This document shows, piece after piece, positions 23,946 through 33,510 of a stretch of 39,019 nucleotides of DNA. Location: the sequence record SRR22947727_2786. One strand, written 5' to 3'. A program made the translations under genes and the position numbers. The stretch's first letter is position 1. Every line of letters begins with the position of its first letter. Under the pieces are notes generated by a model. That model had not been told where the DNA came from, searched no databases, and saw only the letters and a list, made by a program, of their open reading frames with translations.

Positions 23946-24386
23946 TTAAGTCCTGTTCTTAAAGAAGCGGTAATTGAAATTGGAAATGGCAAACATGACA
24001 CCAGCTTCATCAACCTGATCGGGATCGAAGAGATTCTCCATCTCGAAAGGTGGTACTAAGCAGAAGGTTCCATCAGCAGTAGTAAGCTGGCGGTTAGCTT
24101 TAAGGCTAATCCAATCTTGGATGTCCTCAGCCATGTTCAACCCGTCATCTAAGTCAGATTCAGCTTTGATCGGATAGCTAAGGCCAATCCCAATCGTGTA
24201 CTGAATCCATTCGTTTGATCTGTCTTGCTCCACAGACACTTTGCCTTGTAGTGCCACTTTGATCTGAGGCGTTAAGTCCTCACGTTTAATCTTCGGCACT
24301 AACTGTCTTACAACGGTTGCAGTCCCGAAAGTCGTCTCGTTTAACTTAGCTGTTACAGCGTCAGTTAGATTAACTGCTACTCCCAT
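23946..24386 (-). CDS. putative tail terminator protein
   Basis: Size and position between head-closure and tail tube genes. Confidence 0.55.
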   Translation of the reverse strand: MGVAVNLTDAVTAKLNETTFGTATVVRQLVPKIKREDLTPQIKVALQGKVSVEQDRSNEWIQYTIGIGLSYPIKAESDLDDGLNMAEDIQDWISLKANRQLTTADGTFCLVPPFEMENLFDPDQVDEAGVMFAISNFNYRFFKNRT

Positions 24387-24387
24387 G

Positions 24388-24759
24388 TTATATCTCCTTC
24401 GTGTGGATTCGATAAACAGTTAGGTTAGCATCCTCTTTAGAGAATACATCATCAGCACCATCTTGGGTGACTTGATACTGTCTTACGACTCCGTTAATTA
24501 CTTCAGTGATAATATCATATCGAGCAGGTTCGACGGGATCACCGCCAATGTTGTAAGCCGAGACCTCAATAAGATAGTCTCTGTTCTTTGTGTATAAGGT
24601 CGAGCCATCTGCTTCGAAGGTTGACGATCCAGAGAATCCGACAGTAGCCGTAAAAGGAGCCGAAGTGTTAAGACCTCGGCTCACAGTTACGGATACTCCT
24701 CGAATCTTCTTATGGGCAACCCTGCTTGCTAGATAAGCTCTATAAGCTGGGTTACTCAT
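24388..24759 (-). CDS. head-tail joining / head closure protein (gpFII-like)
   Basis: After capsid; RDYLI...EPARYDII...RIHTKEI pattern. Confidence 0.6.
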   Translation of the reverse strand: MSNPAYRAYLASRVAHKKIRGVSVTVSRGLNTSAPFTATVGFSGSSTFEADGSTLYTKNRDYLIEVSAYNIGGDPVEPARYDIITEVINGVVRQYQVTQDGADDVFSKEDANLTVYRIHTKEI

Positions 24760-24763
24760 TTAA

Positions 24764-25696
24764 CTACGCCTTTACTGCTTCAGCGTGAGTGATAGCGTCA
24801 GTTGTGATAACTGGAACGCCAGCAACATTGTCAACCAAAGGAGCAGGAGCGCCAGTAGCGTTAGTTGCAGTTCGTGAAGCACGTAGGTCAAACTGTGACT
24901 TACGGTTCATGATGCACATGTCTGGAGAGTGTCCAGCAGGGAATCGCTCAAGAGCTTGGTAGATCAAGTCGTCTGTAAGACCGTTAGAAGCATCCAAGTT
25001 AACGATACGAACTACGCTGAAGAGGCTTCCGAAGAATCCAGCGAACCATCCACAACCGGGTGTGTAGTATGCTGGGTAGTTCTTTCCGCTTCCGTCGAGG
25101 AAGTTCTGAACAACGGTTTCGCCAAGCTCAACAGCTCCGTCACCTTTGTAGACCATGCCGCACTCAGCCGAGTTACGACGAATCATGTAGACAGAAGAAG
25201 TTGCACCAACAGCAGAACCGCCAGCGTCAACAACCATGTCATCAGAAATGCTTCCAAGGTTGCTGCTGTCAGCAAGACCATTGAATCCAGCAGCGTTGAA
25301 GCCGGTTCCGTTGATCCACTGGTTCTCTAGGTTGAACATAGCAGACTGAACGTGTCGCAAACCTTCGCGAGCGATGTACTGCTCACGTCCACCAGATAGG
25401 CGGCTAGAATCAGCAAGAGCTTTGTCAACGGCCCACGACCAATCGAGGATCTTAAGATCAACGCTGTCGATTCGATCAACAGAGTGATCAAAGTCACGAC
25501 CAGCGTTCTCAGTACGGAAGCCAGTAACAGGAAGCTGAGTCATAACGCTCTGCTTATGAACGACACCGTTAGAAGCAGGAATAGCAGGAAGAGAAGCGAT
25601 AACAGGAGCAGCAGCACGAACTTCCGAAGTCTCTTGTCCAGAAAGATCGTAAGCATCTGCAACCATGTCCGCAACAGTTAGAAAATCATTCGCCAT
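24764..25696 (-). CDS. major capsid protein
   Basis: 310 aa after protease/scaffold; LPVTGFRTENAG, C-terminal GVPVITTDAI; highly biased codons. Confidence 0.85.
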   Translation of the reverse strand: MANDFLTVADMVADAYDLSGQETSEVRAAAPVIASLPAIPASNGVVHKQSVMTQLPVTGFRTENAGRDFDHSVDRIDSVDLKILDWSWAVDKALADSSRLSGGREQYIAREGLRHVQSAMFNLENQWINGTGFNAAGFNGLADSSNLGSISDDMVVDAGGSAVGATSSVYMIRRNSAECGMVYKGDGAVELGETVVQNFLDGSGKNYPAYYTPGCGWFAGFFGSLFSVVRIVNLDASNGLTDDLIYQALERFPAGHSPDMCIMNRKSQFDLRASRTATNATGAPAPLVDNVAGVPVITTDAITHAEAVKA

Positions 25697-25728
25697 CAGT
25701 AGTGTTCCTTAAATAGGAGTTAGAAAAT

Positions 25729-25747
25729 GCCCCACACGGAAGGGGGC
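25729..25747 (-). other. stem-loop in capsid 5' leader (stabiliser or weak terminator)
   Basis: GCCCC/GGGGC stem flanked on both sides by CATTTTCT. Confidence 0.5.
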
Positions 25748-25765
25748 TAAGAAAATGTAAAAGGG

Positions 25766-27073
25766 TTACTTAATTGATACCTTGAATCCGTTACCTTTGA
25801 CTTCAACAGCTTCGCCGTTGTTGCCAGAAAGTGGCTCGTTCTCGGTCTGCTCTGAAAGTTCGATCTGAGCTTTGAGGCTTTCGATCTGATCCTTCTGAGA
25901 CTTGATGTACTCTGCTTGTGCAGCAGCGAAGTCTAGGCCGTTCATGAAGAAATCAAGTCCAGCTTCTTTACCGAAGTTCTCGATGTATTGTCCGAGTTCT
26001 TCCTTCGAGAAGTGGCCTTTTTCTACAGGAGATTGAGCAGCAGGTGATCCGCCGTCTACGATCTCTTCAACTTCTTCAACTTCAGGAGCTTCAGGAGCTT
26101 CTTCAACTTCTTCAACTTCTTCAACTTCTTCGACTTCAGGAGCTTCTTCAACTTCAGGAGCTTCTTCAACTTCTGGAGCTTCTTCAACTTCTGGAGCTTC
26201 TTCACAGTCACATTCAGCTTCTTCGCAACAAGGTGCGGCTTCTTCTGCTTGCAACTCTTCAACTGGTGCATCTTCAACGATTGGAGTCTCTACGACTTCT
26301 TCGATGTTCTGCTCTTCTTTGTTAAGTTCCACGATTTGTAGTCCTTTAAGGGAGAGAAAATTAGAAACGAAGCCGAGCAGACGATCTGGCTCGACACCGA
26401 AGAGACTTCCTTCGGGTTTGGTATCCGATAGCCCTAGTCCGTATTCCAATAGCTCAGCAGCTTTGGCTGCTGTATCGTCGCGATGGAAGAGACCGTCAGG
26501 ATTAGCAGCAGGCTCGTCAACAATGTCAACGAATCGTAACTGTCCAAGTCTAACATGGGGGTAGTTATTAACGTTATTAGGATCAGGAGAGATTGGGTTA
26601 GCGGCTGCGTACATCTCTTCTGCCTCAGCGTCTCTCATGAAGCTGATAGAGGCTCCAAACGCTTCAGGGTCATCAGTGGCAAGGTCAAGCAAGAAACCCG
26701 CTAGATCGCCGTCTGGGGTCTTGTGAGCAGCCTTCCAGAAGTGAAGGTCTCCTCTAACTTTGCCATCGCCATCTGCTCGGTAGAATACTCGGCCTAAACC
26801 TTTGCTGAGTGAGTCTCCGCATTGGTTAGGATGAGTGTATCGAGATTTGATTCCCTTCTTAGCTTGACCTAGTTCGGCAGCTACTTGAGAGATGAACTCC
26901 CGATCAACCCAAGCACCGTGTCCGAGAGCTTCACCTTCAGTGATAACTGCGAAGTTCTTGATGTATCCGGCTCCGTATTCGCCACCAGTGCGGCTAATCT
27001 CAGGGGCTTGATCGAATCCTCGAACGGTAACGCCTCGGAATAGTGTAGGTTCCATATAAGTCTTATTCGCCAT
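25766..27073 (-). CDS. prohead protease / scaffold fusion
   Basis: After portal; GEALGHG, SRYTHP, FGASISF, VDIVDEPAANPDGLF; acidic C-terminal scaffold-like region. Confidence 0.75.
   Translation of the reverse strand: MANKTYMEPTLFRGVTVRGFDQAPEISRTGGEYGAGYIKNFAVITEGEALGHGAWVDREFISQVAAELGQAKKGIKSRYTHPNQCGDSLSKGLGRVFYRADGDGKVRGDLHFWKAAHKTPDGDLAGFLLDLATDDPEAFGASISFMRDAEAEEMYAAANPISPDPNNVNNYPHVRLGQLRFVDIVDEPAANPDGLFHRDDTAAKAAELLEYGLGLSDTKPEGSLFGVEPDRLLGFVSNFLSLKGLQIVELNKEEQNIEEVVETPIVEDAPVEELQAEEAAPCCEEAECDCEEAPEVEEAPEVEEAPEVEEAPEVEEVEEVEEVEEAPEAPEVEEVEEIVDGGSPAAQSPVEKGHFSKEELGQYIENFGKEAGLDFFMNGLDFAAAQAEYIKSQKDQIESLKAQIELSEQTENEPLSGNNGEAVEVKGNGFKVSIK
26063..26205 (-). repeat. intragenic 18/9-bp tandem repeats encoding EEAPEV / EEV
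   Basis: Repeated ttcttcaacttc(a/t)ggagc on + strand. Confidence 0.9.
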
Positions 27074-28481
27074 TGAAAGGCTCCTGTGGTTGTGGTTCTG
27101 GTCTTAGGTCTGGAGGTAAGATGTTCAACTCTTCGAGAAGTGCTTGCTCTTCAGCTAACTTACGAGCGACATCCGCCCACTCGTCACCGAATCGTTCGCG
27201 TCTGATCTCAGTACGTGACCGAAGACCGTTCTCGATAAGAGCAACATCAGCACTAGCTTCTTTCATTGTGTCCCAGTATTGGAGTCCATCAGGAACCCAT
27301 AACCAATTCTTAGGATCAATCTCGAACGAAGCAGGTAATGTAATCTCACCTTTAAGGATGCCCACTTTAAGTCGCCACATGAACCAATCGTTACGGAAGG
27401 CTACTTGGCGTTCTCTGTCTTTCTCGCAGCTTCGAAGATATAAGATCAAAGCAGTACGTGAACCGTTGAAGTTCGTGTAGCTTTCATCCCAGAAGCTGTA
27501 AGGTATGTTAAGTGACTTCAAGGTAAGACCAATCATGTCCTTCCAGAAGTCTTGAGTAGCTGTCTCAGGTGTAGCTGAAGTTAAGAACTTAGCTTCTTCA
27601 CCCGGATCTAGATCAAGTATCTGCGGGCCTTTGTCAAAGCTAACAGTACGATCAGGATCGCTATTGTCCTCTTCGCCTTCAGTGCCGAGACCCCAGTTAG
27701 CTTCTCGTGTGATCGAGAGAGCAAATAGCTGAGCTACCTTAGCTTTGGCGAGAGCATAATCATAAGACTCGTTTAAGTCCATGATTGTATCGACAACAGC
27801 AGCAAGCGGAGAGATACCTCTAGTCTGGTCGAATCTATCCCAGAAGCCCATGCCGATGACCTTCTTAGCTGATACATTCCTCTCGAACTCATAGTTATTC
27901 TCTGCTCGCTTCCAAACTGCGTAGGACTTATGTCGTCCTGTTACATCAATCTTGACTCCCTGCACCCAATCTTTAAGAGGGCTTTCTTGCTCTCCGTTAG
28001 ATGGGGTAACTCCTGAACGCTCTGCTAAGAATGTTGGCTGACGAATACGATCAGACTCGATGGCCTGCAAGTAACCGCCACGCTGTCGTACACAGTAGAC
28101 ATCGCCATCAATAACAGCAGAAGACTCTAGCATACGCATGAAAGTATTAAGATCATAACGTCCAGAGATGTCAAATTGCTCTTTCTTAGAGCAGTAGTTG
28201 TAAAAGTTACGAAGGGTGTCGTCTAAGGCTTCGTCGCCAGTGTTAGGCTGGAAGTTGTGACGAACAACGAAGTCAATATGCTTGCTGAGAATCCAACGAG
28301 CCGCGACTTCATTACGCCGTAAGTCTCTAGTCGTGGACTGGAGGACTTTTCGATCAGTAGCTCGAAGCTGCTTATCTTCGGTCATTAGCTTCATCTTCTT
28401 CGGCTTGCGGTTCTTGCTCGATGAGCTTGCCCCATCATAGCCAAACTCGATAGAGCCGTTTGCTTCTTCTAACCAGTCCAT
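27063..28481 (-). CDS. portal protein (lambda family)
   Basis: RDLRRN, LQAIESDRI, QGVKID, DQTRGISPLA, LDPGEE, NFNGSR, IENGLRSR. Confidence 0.92.
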   Translation of the reverse strand: MDWLEEANGSIEFGYDGASSSSKNRKPKKMKLMTEDKQLRATDRKVLQSTTRDLRRNEVAARWILSKHIDFVVRHNFQPNTGDEALDDTLRNFYNYCSKKEQFDISGRYDLNTFMRMLESSAVIDGDVYCVRQRGGYLQAIESDRIRQPTFLAERSGVTPSNGEQESPLKDWVQGVKIDVTGRHKSYAVWKRAENNYEFERNVSAKKVIGMGFWDRFDQTRGISPLAAVVDTIMDLNESYDYALAKAKVAQLFALSITREANWGLGTEGEEDNSDPDRTVSFDKGPQILDLDPGEEAKFLTSATPETATQDFWKDMIGLTLKSLNIPYSFWDESYTNFNGSRTALILYLRSCEKDRERQVAFRNDWFMWRLKVGILKGEITLPASFEIDPKNWLWVPDGLQYWDTMKEASADVALIENGLRSRTEIRRERFGDEWADVARKLAEEQALLEELNILPPDLRPEPQPQEPFNGE

Positions 28482-28491
28482 TTTAGGCTCC

Positions 28492-28707
28492 TTAACTTAG
28501 GTCGATGCGATTGAAAATAGGTCGTCTTGCTTGCTTCCCTTGAAGCGTAGCCAATTCAGCTTTGAGATCACGTAATCTCGTAGCTACAGCGGTAAGGTCA
28601 AACTGTGTAGTCTCACCGTCAATTGTTATCATTGAAGCACCAGAGTCTAGTATCTGCTCTAAGTTAGAGATGGCTTCTTTAAGGTCTGTTACGTTTCTGT
28701 TACTCAT
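28492..28707 (-). CDS. head-tail joining protein (gpW-like)
   Basis: 71 aa just before lambda-type portal; ILDSGASMITIDGETTQFDL. Confidence 0.7.
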   Translation of the reverse strand: MSNRNVTDLKEAISNLEQILDSGASMITIDGETTQFDLTAVATRLRDLKAELATLQGKQARRPIFNRIDLS

Positions 28708-29060
28708 TGTTTAACCCATCTTTGCAAACTGAACTGTGATTGATACCCAGACTTCATTGAGCGTACCCACTTCTCACCGTCCCACTTGAACTTGATGAGT
28801 GCTGGTACACTTGAACCTGAATACAGCTTCTTGCCCCAAGCTGAATTGTAATCCACGAAAGCAATGTTAACGCCTGTGTATTTCGAAGCATTAGCTTTGG
28901 TCTCAGCCTTCATCTTTCTGCATGGGCTGCACCATGATGCTCCGATGATTACGATCAAGTTATCCTTCGACTTGTCACTAGCGGCCTTAGCTACTGGGTA
29001 CGAGTCGTATATGCTTCCTGCTGATAATACAGCAACTATTAAAGCTAGTTTACTGATCAT
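28704..29060 (-). CDS. thioredoxin-like protein with N-terminal signal/anchor
   Basis: IIGASWCSPCRKMK (CxxC), SVPALI cis-Pro loop; hydrophobic N-terminus. Confidence 0.85.
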   Translation of the reverse strand: MISKLALIVAVLSAGSIYDSYPVAKAASDKSKDNLIVIIGASWCSPCRKMKAETKANASKYTGVNIAFVDYNSAWGKKLYSGSSVPALIKFKWDGEKWVRSMKSGYQSQFSLQRWVKQ

Positions 29061-29749
29061 CTTGATACATCGCTTTCTACGCAGACATTACCTTTAGTGA
29101 TTGTCCAGCGTGAACCTGCCGAGAACTCGATCTCGACATCAAAGTTAAAGATAGATGCAGCAGGGTCTAGCAATTCTGTAGCTGCTGTAGATAGTGAGAC
29201 TTCAACTAATGACCCAGTAGCTGAGGTGCTTACACCGGCTGTGTCTTGGTCAAGTATGATAACGTCTTTACTATCTCGGATAGTGAAGTTGACAGTTTGA
29301 CCGTCTACATCTTTGGTAGCTGTCCATGCTAGTTTAGCGTTAGCTACACCATCATAGGCATCACCACGAATAAGAGTAATCGTCTCGCTCGAAGGCTGTG
29401 GGCTGTATACGGTTGTGAGAGGTGTAATCTTAGCGATAATCTGATTCAGCTTCTCATCTGCCGAACCTGCTGCGTGATACTCACTAGCATTGATTCGCTC
29501 ACTATCTGTCCCGACAAAGAACGCTTCGTAGCTTGCTACGCCGTACCCAGTTAGGATGTCAGTAATCACGAGTCGAAAGCCGCCAGAGAGTGCAGAAGCC
29601 TCGGTGAAGACAACTTCGTAGATGCCTGAGTTAGATACAGTCTCCGTGATAGATGAAGCAGTTGCCTGCTCGACCATCGCGGTTGTGTATAACTTAGCTG
29701 ACAGAGACCGATTAGGTACTGCCGGAGTCATAACGTATTGAGTTGCCAT
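29057..29749 (-). CDS. virion structural protein (BppU N-terminal-like C-terminal domain)
   Basis: ITLIRGD...VNFTIRD...FDVEI...TITKG pattern; ATG 29749 behind AAGGAG. Confidence 0.5.
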   Translation of the reverse strand: MATQYVMTPAVPNRSLSAKLYTTAMVEQATASSITETVSNSGIYEVVFTEASALSGGFRLVITDILTGYGVASYEAFFVGTDSERINASEYHAAGSADEKLNQIIAKITPLTTVYSPQPSSETITLIRGDAYDGVANAKLAWTATKDVDGQTVNFTIRDSKDVIILDQDTAGVSTSATGSLVEVSLSTAATELLDPAASIFNFDVEIEFSAGSRWTITKGNVCVESDVSR

Positions 29750-29763
29750 AAAAGGCTCCTTAT

Positions 29764-29798
29764 GAAAGAAGCAGCCCACCCGCTATCGAGCAGGCTGC
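29764..29798 (-). terminator. intrinsic terminator after 1108-aa gene
   Basis: GCAGCCTGCTCG/CGGGTGGGCTGC stem followed by TTCTTTC on - strand. Confidence 0.75.
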
Positions 29799-29811
29799 GT
29801 TATTAGTAAAA

Positions 29812-32800
29812 CTAGCTAAGGCCAGAGATGTTGACCGTCTCAATGTCGTTCGACACCATGCTCAATAGGTTAAGCTTGGTGTAGTTCTGGTCAGAAGTCC
29901 AGACTTGGTTACGAATCATGTTGGTGTATGAGTCGTTTGAGCCATCACCCATGAGGTAGACCTGAGTTGCCGAAGCAGCAGTCAGGTTGCCCATCAAGAA
30001 GTTCTGGAAGTCGCTGCCATCGTGAGAGGGTCGATAGTCGTTACCGACCTTATAGTCGTTCAACCAACCAACAGGGTCAGTAATCATCTCCGCGATTTCG
30101 GTGCTATCGGGCATGGCAACATTTCTCCTGAGAGTTGTTGTCACGAACGAGGCAACCTTGCCATGGAAGCTGCGGTTAGTACCGCGACCACCGATGTTCA
30201 GAGAACCAGTGACGCTCCTGTCCATGCGACCACCACTGCTAGACCACGTTCCCCACCCTTGAGCCGTAGGATTGGGGTTGAAGCCCCACGCCGAGCCGGT
30301 GTTGAACATCAAACGGATGTCAAAGGCAGCAGCCAAGTTGGTTGTAGTGGCGTTGGCTCCGCTGAGGCGTGTGCCGTTGAAGCCAACGTAGACTCCGTTC
30401 CAAGAACCCGCTGACACTCTGGCGAGGTAGTACTCGTTGATAGCACCATCGCGTCCCCAACCGAAGTACAGGTTCCTGAATGAGTCTATCCTGAGATAGA
30501 TGTTGTCATCAGTTGAACCTGCACCCTCTCCAATGTTCCAGATGTGCTGGTTGGAGTTGTTGCCATCAGGCGAGAACACGACAGCCGTAGCCCAAGGACG
30601 GGCAGAAGTGTCGTTAGAGGTGTTGCCAGCCGTGCTGGGAGCAGACGTGATAACGCTCTGGTAGTCCATGAGCATCGGGCTGTAGTAGTGCGAAACGCTT
30701 ACCATTTCAGCCCGTTCATTCGAACCACTAAAATCTAGAGCCTTATTCCAGTTTGTCTGGTTGCCAGCGGGTGCAGCAGGAGTAGTTATCGTTTCGATAT
30801 CTGTCGTGCTGATGTCACCAGTCGTGTTTAATGCAGCCATGTGAATAGTTACAGGTGCAGTATCTTCGATGCTTGTGGCTTCGTAAGTATGGCTGAAAGT
30901 TCCACCATCTGCTGGCGAAGGCTCATTCATAATCGAATTGACATTGCAGGCGATTAACCATGCTGATGTTCCGTTAACCTCGATTGCGTAATCGTAATAA
31001 GCATCAGTCGATGAATTGACTACGATGTTCTGGACAACCGAACCGTCACGGTAAAACTTGAACGTGTGGCTAGAGGCTGTTTCATACTCCCAAACAATAG
31101 CAGCATCAAAGTCCGACAAGTCTAATGTACCAAAGGTCTCTGGCTGGTTAGCCAAGCCGATGATATACATGTCGTTTGTTGCTGTTAGGTTTGGTAAGAT
31201 GTTAGTTTCGATGTAAGCCTGTTCAATCACGAATCGTTCGCCATCAGCTACAACAGTGTTAACGTGAACAACAGAACCTGAGTCCATTGTGTCCGCATCG
31301 ACCATAGCTGTAGTTCCGGTAACGTGGTTGAATCCAGAAATTGCAGTTACTGGAGCAGTCAAGTTCGTGACCTGAACAGTCAATGTTCCTGATGAACTAC
31401 CATAGCTGTTTGTACGAACAATCTCGATGTCGTAACTGTCACTAGGATTAGCAACATTGTCGCCAGTAACCTCTGGTGCAGTTCCGTAGATGTGGAAACT
31501 TGCATTGTCCAATAGAAGACCAGAGGAATCTGTGTCAACCATCGACGTTGCCCATGAAGCACCTTGTGGGTGAACCTGAACATTAACTGAACTTAACTCG
31601 TTGACTGTGACAGTCTGGTTCGAGAAAGCAGTTGGAATCAAATCAGCGTTACTAAGAGATGTGATCTCAGTCCAGTTGATTGGGTTTGAATCAAACAGAA
31701 TAGCACTCGTTGGTGCTACGGTTCCGTTGTTGGTGTGACCGTTAGTTGGCTCGTACCAAGTTGTGTTGGTTGAGTCATCTGGGAAGATGTTTGAGATGCT
31801 AGTTCCACCACCACCGTTTTCAGTGTCGTAATAGTTGGCTTCCTCTTCTGTTACGAACAACGGATAGTGGAATACGCCATCAGGACTCTCGATGTAACGA
31901 AAGTACATTGTTGGTGCGGCAGGTTCAAGAAGGTGAACCATAGGAGCCGAGTAGACACGAGCAGCGGGGTTAGCCGATTTAATGCCGAGGTGGAACACAG
32001 AGCCTTGTGGTACTGGGTATGAGCTTCTAGCATGTAGAACCCAAGTGCCATCGTCCTGCAAAGATGAGATGGCGATGAAGCCGTTCTCGTCGATACCGAC
32101 CTTAATCTTAACGGGGTTGCCTGCAAGCCAGTCAGCTTGAGATTCCCAGTTGTACCATCCTGCTCCGTAAGATACTCCAGTGCTTGCACCATAGTTTGTC
32201 CATGACCCGTTAGGTGTTGGATGAAAAAAGTGAGAGAATTGGTAGCTGTAGTGTGCTGAGTTGCTGACAGCGAATGTTGCTGGGTCTGCGTAGGTAGCGT
32301 TCCCTTGGTAGCTGCCTGCTGCGTAACTTGCATCGCTATGGACAAGGCCGAAACCAATTTGACCTTCACCGCGAATATCGAAAGTGAAGTATTCGCCTGC
32401 TTGGTCGATGGTGGCTGTTGATTTAAGACCAGCATAGTTGCCTGTTGAGATGTTAGTGAAGATGTCGTCACCAGCAGGGTCAATAGCACCACTACCTTCG
32501 AGCGTGTATCCAGCAGCAACTCCAGAGACATCAGCAATCATTGTGCTGTATGGGTCTGAGATAACTACCGATTCGAAAGCACCAACTGTGAATAGCTCGT
32601 TGAGTACGTTGATGACATCGTTGAGTCCACCAGAAACTAAGTTTCCGTTAACGCAAGTTGTTGCATTAGCTAGGTTGTAGAAGTGTGTGATTGAGTCGCC
32701 ACTGTCGTTCGAGACAATCTTGATGTTACCACTCTCTGCAACCGCCTTGATTGTGTTTACTCCGTATGAGTATCCGTTATCAAGCATGATTGAGGTAGAA

Positions 32801-33138
32801 GTATCGTCTAGGGTGAAACAGACAGTTTCGCCAGTTAGGTCGATGCCCTGTCCTGAGAGACCAATCACGTTAGCGTTAGTTGTGATGTAGTCAGCAGCTT
32901 CTTGAGCATCTGCGAATGAGTTACCGTCTTTGTCTTCTAGCTCAGTGTATGGTAGAGCGTAGAACTCGTAGTGTGTCTCGCCAGTTAGTCCTGTGATGAC
33001 ATCGTTGATTACGTGAACTTTTGTATTGTCATTAGCGTCAACTTGACCTGATAGGCAGGCGTTGAAGTATGTAGGATTCGAAGAACCCTGAAAGTTAATG
33101 CAGTTACCTGCTTCGTTTCGTACAATGCGAATTGCCAT
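29812..33138 (-). CDS. large multidomain virion protein with C-terminal LamG/ConA-like lectin domain (1108 aa)
   Basis: N/S/T/G-rich, few basic residues; ALDFSG...LYLRID...WNGVYVGFNG...IGGR...FHGKVA in the last ~300 aa. Confidence 0.6.
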   Translation of the reverse strand: MAIRIVRNEAGNCINFQGSSNPTYFNACLSGQVDANDNTKVHVINDVITGLTGETHYEFYALPYTELEDKDGNSFADAQEAADYITTNANVIGLSGQGIDLTGETVCFTLDDTSTSIMLDNGYSYGVNTIKAVAESGNIKIVSNDSGDSITHFYNLANATTCVNGNLVSGGLNDVINVLNELFTVGAFESVVISDPYSTMIADVSGVAAGYTLEGSGAIDPAGDDIFTNISTGNYAGLKSTATIDQAGEYFTFDIRGEGQIGFGLVHSDASYAAGSYQGNATYADPATFAVSNSAHYSYQFSHFFHPTPNGSWTNYGASTGVSYGAGWYNWESQADWLAGNPVKIKVGIDENGFIAISSLQDDGTWVLHARSSYPVPQGSVFHLGIKSANPAARVYSAPMVHLLEPAAPTMYFRYIESPDGVFHYPLFVTEEEANYYDTENGGGGTSISNIFPDDSTNTTWYEPTNGHTNNGTVAPTSAILFDSNPINWTEITSLSNADLIPTAFSNQTVTVNELSSVNVQVHPQGASWATSMVDTDSSGLLLDNASFHIYGTAPEVTGDNVANPSDSYDIEIVRTNSYGSSSGTLTVQVTNLTAPVTAISGFNHVTGTTAMVDADTMDSGSVVHVNTVVADGERFVIEQAYIETNILPNLTATNDMYIIGLANQPETFGTLDLSDFDAAIVWEYETASSHTFKFYRDGSVVQNIVVNSSTDAYYDYAIEVNGTSAWLIACNVNSIMNEPSPADGGTFSHTYEATSIEDTAPVTIHMAALNTTGDISTTDIETITTPAAPAGNQTNWNKALDFSGSNERAEMVSVSHYYSPMLMDYQSVITSAPSTAGNTSNDTSARPWATAVVFSPDGNNSNQHIWNIGEGAGSTDDNIYLRIDSFRNLYFGWGRDGAINEYYLARVSAGSWNGVYVGFNGTRLSGANATTTNLAAAFDIRLMFNTGSAWGFNPNPTAQGWGTWSSSGGRMDRSVTGSLNIGGRGTNRSFHGKVASFVTTTLRRNVAMPDSTEIAEMITDPVGWLNDYKVGNDYRPSHDGSDFQNFLMGNLTAASATQVYLMGDGSNDSYTNMIRNQVWTSDQNYTKLNLLSMVSNDIETVNISGLS

Positions 33139-33140
33139 GA

Positions 33141-33506
33141 TTACCTCCCGTCAGCGTAAAGAACAGTAAGACCGTAAGTAGCGGCTCCAGTGTTAGCGAA
33201 AGTGATGCTAAGTGAATCGCCTCGAGGGATGATAAGGCCATCAGTGATGTTGATGTCTGTTAGGCCATCCATATCTTGAGAGATAAGAAGGGTATCGTAA
33301 GCTGCACCAGCAGCAGAATCAATCTTAACTTCTAATGGCTCTGCACCAGCAGCAGCGTCGAGGTGAAGCATAACTCCAACTACTCGAATGTTAGACTCAG
33401 CGAGAAGTGAGTAAGCAATAGCTCCACTTCCGGTCTCTCGTGCGATCTCGTCTCCGAGATTTACTTGTGCATTAGCTACGTTAGCTTGTTTATTTGTAAG
33501 TGACAT
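33141..33506 (-). CDS. putative structural protein (121 aa)
   Basis: Beta-rich acidic ORF tiling the late operon. Confidence 0.6.
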   Translation of the reverse strand: MSLTNKQANVANAQVNLGDEIARETGSGAIAYSLLAESNIRVVGVMLHLDAAAGAEPLEVKIDSAAGAAYDTLLISQDMDGLTDINITDGLIIPRGDSLSITFANTGAATYGLTVLYADGR

Positions 33507-33510
33507 TTTG

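Noticed and set aside
26044-26325. Leu/Gln-rich and Lys/Leu-rich ORFs, and a possible CRISPR-like array
   Set aside because: Alternative readings of the EEAPEV coding repeat; no unique spacers
31851-32537. 228-aa same-strand alternative-frame ORF inside the 1108-aa gene
   Set aside because: Leu/Thr/Gln-rich off-frame composition, non-ATG start, no slippery site or RBS noticed
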